Source of the DNA: Candidatus Hydrogenedentota bacterium
GTDB taxonomy: Bacteria > Hydrogenedentota > Hydrogenedentia > Hydrogenedentales > SLHB01
Direction: 5' to 3'
Length of the DNA stretch: 64,000 nt
Assembly (NCBI GenBank): GCA_963745075.1
Contig: CAVUWV010000001.1
Location: forward strand, 288,001-352,000
Numbering within the stretch: position 1 is the stretch's first letter; the number at the start of each line of letters is the position of its first letter. Positions 60,932-64,000 of this stretch are shown here, one piece after another. A model generated the notes under the pieces. It made no database searches and was not told the DNA's origin. It was given only the letters and a program-made list of their open reading frames with translations. The translations under genes were made by a program, and so were the position numbers.

Positions 60932-61778
60932 TCGAGATTTCGAGCGAGAAGTCCACCGCCGGCGCGGAATGGGTCAGTGCGCCAATGGAAATCACGTGGA
61001 CTCCCGTCTCGGCAATCGCACGCAAACGTTCTACATTAACGTTTCCGCTCGCTTCGAGGACGACTTTGTGGCCGTTCGACCGTTGCGCCGCTTCGCGCAT
61101 ATCGTCAAGGCCCATGTTGTCCAGCAGAATCGCATCCGCACCGCACTTCAGGGCTTCGTCAAACTCGTCGAGGCTTCGTACTTCGACACCCACTTTCATA
61201 AGATGATGGGTGCCCTTAATCGCGCGCGTCACCGCCTCGGTTACGCCCCCCGCCGCCGTGATGTGGTTCTCCTTGATCAGGACGCCGTCAAACAGGGCAA
61301 ATCGATGGTTCGCCCCTCCCCCGTGGATGACCGCCCGCTTTTCGAGGTTTCGCATCAGGGGAGTCGTCTTACGCGTATCGCAGACCCGCACGCCCAAATC
61401 CTGCACCTCACGGACGAATTTGGCCGTAAAGGTCGCGACGCCGGAGAGGCGCTGTACGAAATTCAGTGCCACCCGCTCGCCGGCCAGCACACCACGCGTG
61501 ATTCCGGAAAACAACGCAACATCCTGCCCCGCAGCGAATTGGGTGCCGTCCTCCAGGGAATACCAGTCCGCGATCTCGGCCCCGGACTCCTCGAATACCG
61601 TGCGAAGAATCGTGATCCCGCTGAGCACGCCTTCCTGCTTGGCGAACAGGCGCGCCTTGCACCGCACATTCGGGGGTACGGTGGCGTTTGTCGTGATATC
61701 GCCCTGACCGATGTCCTCCACGAGGGCATCGCGGACCAATGTTCGGAAACCAAGCATTCCAGCAACTCCAAGATCCAA
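60924..61778 (-). CDS. nadC: Quinolinate phosphoribosyltransferase
   Basis: EDIGQGDITT, DTRKTTP, NHRFAL, IKENH, LLDNM and EASG. Confidence 0.95.
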   Translation of the reverse strand: MDLGVAGMLGFRTLVRDALVEDIGQGDITTNATVPPNVRCKARLFAKQEGVLSGITILRTVFEESGAEIADWYSLEDGTQFAAGQDVALFSGITRGVLAGERVALNFVQRLSGVATFTAKFVREVQDLGVRVCDTRKTTPLMRNLEKRAVIHGGGANHRFALFDGVLIKENHITAAGGVTEAVTRAIKGTHHLMKVGVEVRSLDEFDEALKCGADAILLDNMGLDDMREAAQRSNGHKVVLEASGNVNVERLRAIAETGVHVISIGALTHSAPAVDFSLEISNV

Positions 61779-61892
61779 GCGCGCAAGTGTAGCATGAAAC
61801 GGGCAAAAATTTCGATATCTTCGCCGCCGTCAGGTGCAATCCTCCCCGCAACCATCACCCTGAAAAACGGCTGTTGACCGCCAATCTCACAT

Positions 61893-61957
61893 TCGTCGTG
61901 CTCGTGCTCGTGTAGGTCCGTGCTCGTGTAGGTCCGTGCTCGTCCGTGAAGGTCCGG
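61893..61957. repeat. CTCGTG/GTCCGTG short-repeat tract
   Basis: Ends cgtccgtgaaggtccgg, nearly the same as cgtccgtgtaggtccgg at the end of the 44.4-kb tract. Confidence 0.7.
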
Positions 61958-61958
61958 G

Positions 61959-63401
61959 TCAGTCCGGGTCCGCCAAAAAACTTCTCACAGTCTCAATCAT
62001 CTCCGCCCGGGGCACGGTCACCTGCCCGGTCTTGCCCGCCTGCCGGTAAGCCTCCCGATCCGTGATTTCCTCACGCTCGCGCTTGCCCGCGAAAAGGTCC
62101 TTCACCGAGACGACGCCCGCCGCCAGTTCGTCCCCACCGACAATCACGGCCACCGGAATTTCGTAGTGGTCCGCATGCGAGAGCTGCGCCTTCATGTTCT
62201 TCTTCTTGCCGAAATAGGCTTCCGCGCGGATTCCAGCCGCGCGCAATTCCGACGCGATCTTCAAGGATTCCGCCTCCGGTACGCCGCCCAAGCTGACCAC
62301 CAGGGCCTGAACGGTGCTTCGTTCTGTCGGCACCAGCCCGAGATGCTTGAGCGCCGCCAGGAGCCGATCCAACCCGACCGACATACCCGTGCTGGGAATT
62401 GCGCGGTCCATGAATCGCGATACAAGCCCGTCGTACCGCCCGCCGCCCATCACCGAGCCAAACTCCGGCGCGCTGGGCAGCACCGTCTCGAAAACGGGGC
62501 CCGTGTAGTAGTCCAGACCGCGCGCGAGGCTGGGGTCGAACACGGCATGTTCTTCGCGGACCCCCAGGGCCTCAAGCCCCTCAGCCAGCGCCTTCATTTC
62601 TGTGACCGCCTCGGCCGACGCTTCGGTCTCGGGGAGAGCGGCCGCCAGTCGGTCGACGACTTCCAGACGTGTCCCGCCCTTCAGGCCGACGAAGGTGACC
62701 ACCTTCTCGATGGTTTCGGCGTCCAACCCGGCACCGGGAATCGGATCGCCTGAATCGTCGATACGTCCCGGTCCCAGTTCAAGACGAACGTTGTCCATTC
62801 CGACCTTGGCCAGCTTGTCGATGACGCGCAGCACGTGCTTCTGCCGATCGAGATCGTCAATGCCGCAACTCGCCAAAAGCGCGTCAATTACCTTGCGGTT
62901 GTTAATCACCACGCGATACTCACGCACGCCCAGCGCGTCCATCACCTCGCACATGATCGAGACGATCTCCGCATCCACCGCCACCGACTGCGAACCCGCC
63001 GCGTCAATGTCGAACTGGGTGAACTGCCGGAACCGTCCGGGCCCGGGCTTGTCCGCGCGCCAGACCGGGCCGATGGCGTAGCGCCGAAACGGCGCTTTCA
63101 ACTTATCCGGATACTGTGCCAGCAACCGCGCGAATGGCACCGTCAGGTCGAACCGCATGGCGATGGGTTCGCCTTCCGGACTTTCCTGCCGGAACAGTTC
63201 CTTGTTCGTCTCCTCGCCGCCCGTTCCCAGCAACACATCCAGATGCTCCAACGCCGGCGTCTCCAACGGCGCGAACCCGTATTTCTGAAACACCCCTTCG
63301 ATGGCAGCGATCACCGCCTTGCGCGGAAGTAAGTCCTCCGGCAGGAGGTCCTGAAACCCTTTTAACGTGCGCGGTTCTACCCACTGATTCGTCTCGGACA
63401 T
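61959..63401 (-). CDS. hisS: Histidine-tRNA ligase
   Basis: RFDLTVP, GRFRQFTQFD, RGLDYYTG and GGGRYDGL. Confidence 0.97.
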   Translation of the reverse strand: MSETNQWVEPRTLKGFQDLLPEDLLPRKAVIAAIEGVFQKYGFAPLETPALEHLDVLLGTGGEETNKELFRQESPEGEPIAMRFDLTVPFARLLAQYPDKLKAPFRRYAIGPVWRADKPGPGRFRQFTQFDIDAAGSQSVAVDAEIVSIMCEVMDALGVREYRVVINNRKVIDALLASCGIDDLDRQKHVLRVIDKLAKVGMDNVRLELGPGRIDDSGDPIPGAGLDAETIEKVVTFVGLKGGTRLEVVDRLAAALPETEASAEAVTEMKALAEGLEALGVREEHAVFDPSLARGLDYYTGPVFETVLPSAPEFGSVMGGGRYDGLVSRFMDRAIPSTGMSVGLDRLLAALKHLGLVPTERSTVQALVVSLGGVPEAESLKIASELRAAGIRAEAYFGKKKNMKAQLSHADHYEIPVAVIVGGDELAAGVVSVKDLFAGKREREEITDREAYRQAGKTGQVTVPRAEMIETVRSFLADPD

Positions 63402-63662
63402 GGAACGATTCTCTTTCTCAGACGTAGGAGTTTGCCAAGAAACAACGCGGTCGGAACTATCGCCCGCGCGATCATGCGGAACATACCGCCCCCGCAACCA
63501 TCATGCAGGGAACCAAGACCCAAGTATACCGCGTCCCATGCACACAGGCCAAACGTGGCAGAGGTGCCGTTTGAATCGTTAGAATATCTCACTCGATACC
63601 AATGTTGATCTTCTCATCCCTCGACCAGCGCAGGTAAACAACGCGAAAGGAGAATTCTTCTG

Positions 63663-64000
63663 ATGGCTAAGGCGAAAGCCGGCGCCCCTCGGGTGGCCGT
63701 GATTATGGGGAGCAAAAGCGACTGGGGCTGCATGCAAAAGACCAGCGACATGCTGAAAGAACTGGCGATCGCACACGAGTGTCGCGTGTTGTCCGCGCAC
63801 CGGACGCCCGACGAACTGTTCGCCTATGTGGCGGATGCCGAGCAACGCGGCGTGCAGGTGTTTATCGCGGCGGCAGGCGGTGCGGCGCACTTGGCCGGCG
63901 TGATCGCCGCGAAGACCACGAAACCCGTGCTGGGCGTCCCCATGCAGTCCAAATCGCTTCAGGGGCTGGACTCCCTGTTGTCCATGGTGCAGATGCCGAA
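63663..64000 (+). CDS. purE: N5-CAIR mutase (runs off the window end)
   Basis: Manual translation: IMGSKSDW, VLSAHRTP, AAAGGAAHLAG, PVLGVP and GLDSLLSMVQMP. Confidence 0.95.
   Translation, partial: MAKAKAGAPRVAVIMGSKSDWGCMQKTSDMLKELAIAHECRVLSAHRTPDELFAYVADAEQRGVQVFIAAAGGAAHLAGVIAAKTTKPVLGVPMQSKSLQGLDSLLSMVQMP

Overview
GC-rich bacterial chromosomal window. The DUF1559/H-X9-DG-like protein, cohesin-domain surface protein and TIGR02999-type ECF/kinase pair suggest a Hydrogenedentota/PVC-like diderm (inference only). Housekeeping blocks: aceE-aceF-lpdA; MFS-phnW-phnX; ccsA-hemA-hemC-cobA/hemD-hemB; fliQ-fliR-flhB-flhA-flhF-flhG; hisS, nadC-birA-coaX-lptC-lptA-lptB; partial purE. The most unusual feature is a 229-bp tandem array (29.2-30.0 kb): an invariant 133-bp REP-containing unit alternates with 96-bp copies of the adjacent gene's 3' end, and these copies differ almost only at synonymous positions. 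Also notable: an ~8.5-kb ECF/kinase/secreted-protein block bounded by a 31-bp duplication of a hydrolase gene's 3' end; an IS200-family HUH transposase inside a REP field with a 7x54-bp palindrome array; a dispersed ~170-200-bp hairpin element with a compensatory base change; a three-domain LptA; and two tandem secreted paralogues with an NlpC/P60-like Cys-His-Asn/Asp signature. Frameshifts cluster at 0-3.8 kb and 30-35 kb and may be sequencing errors. All calls come from reading the sequence; no database search was run.
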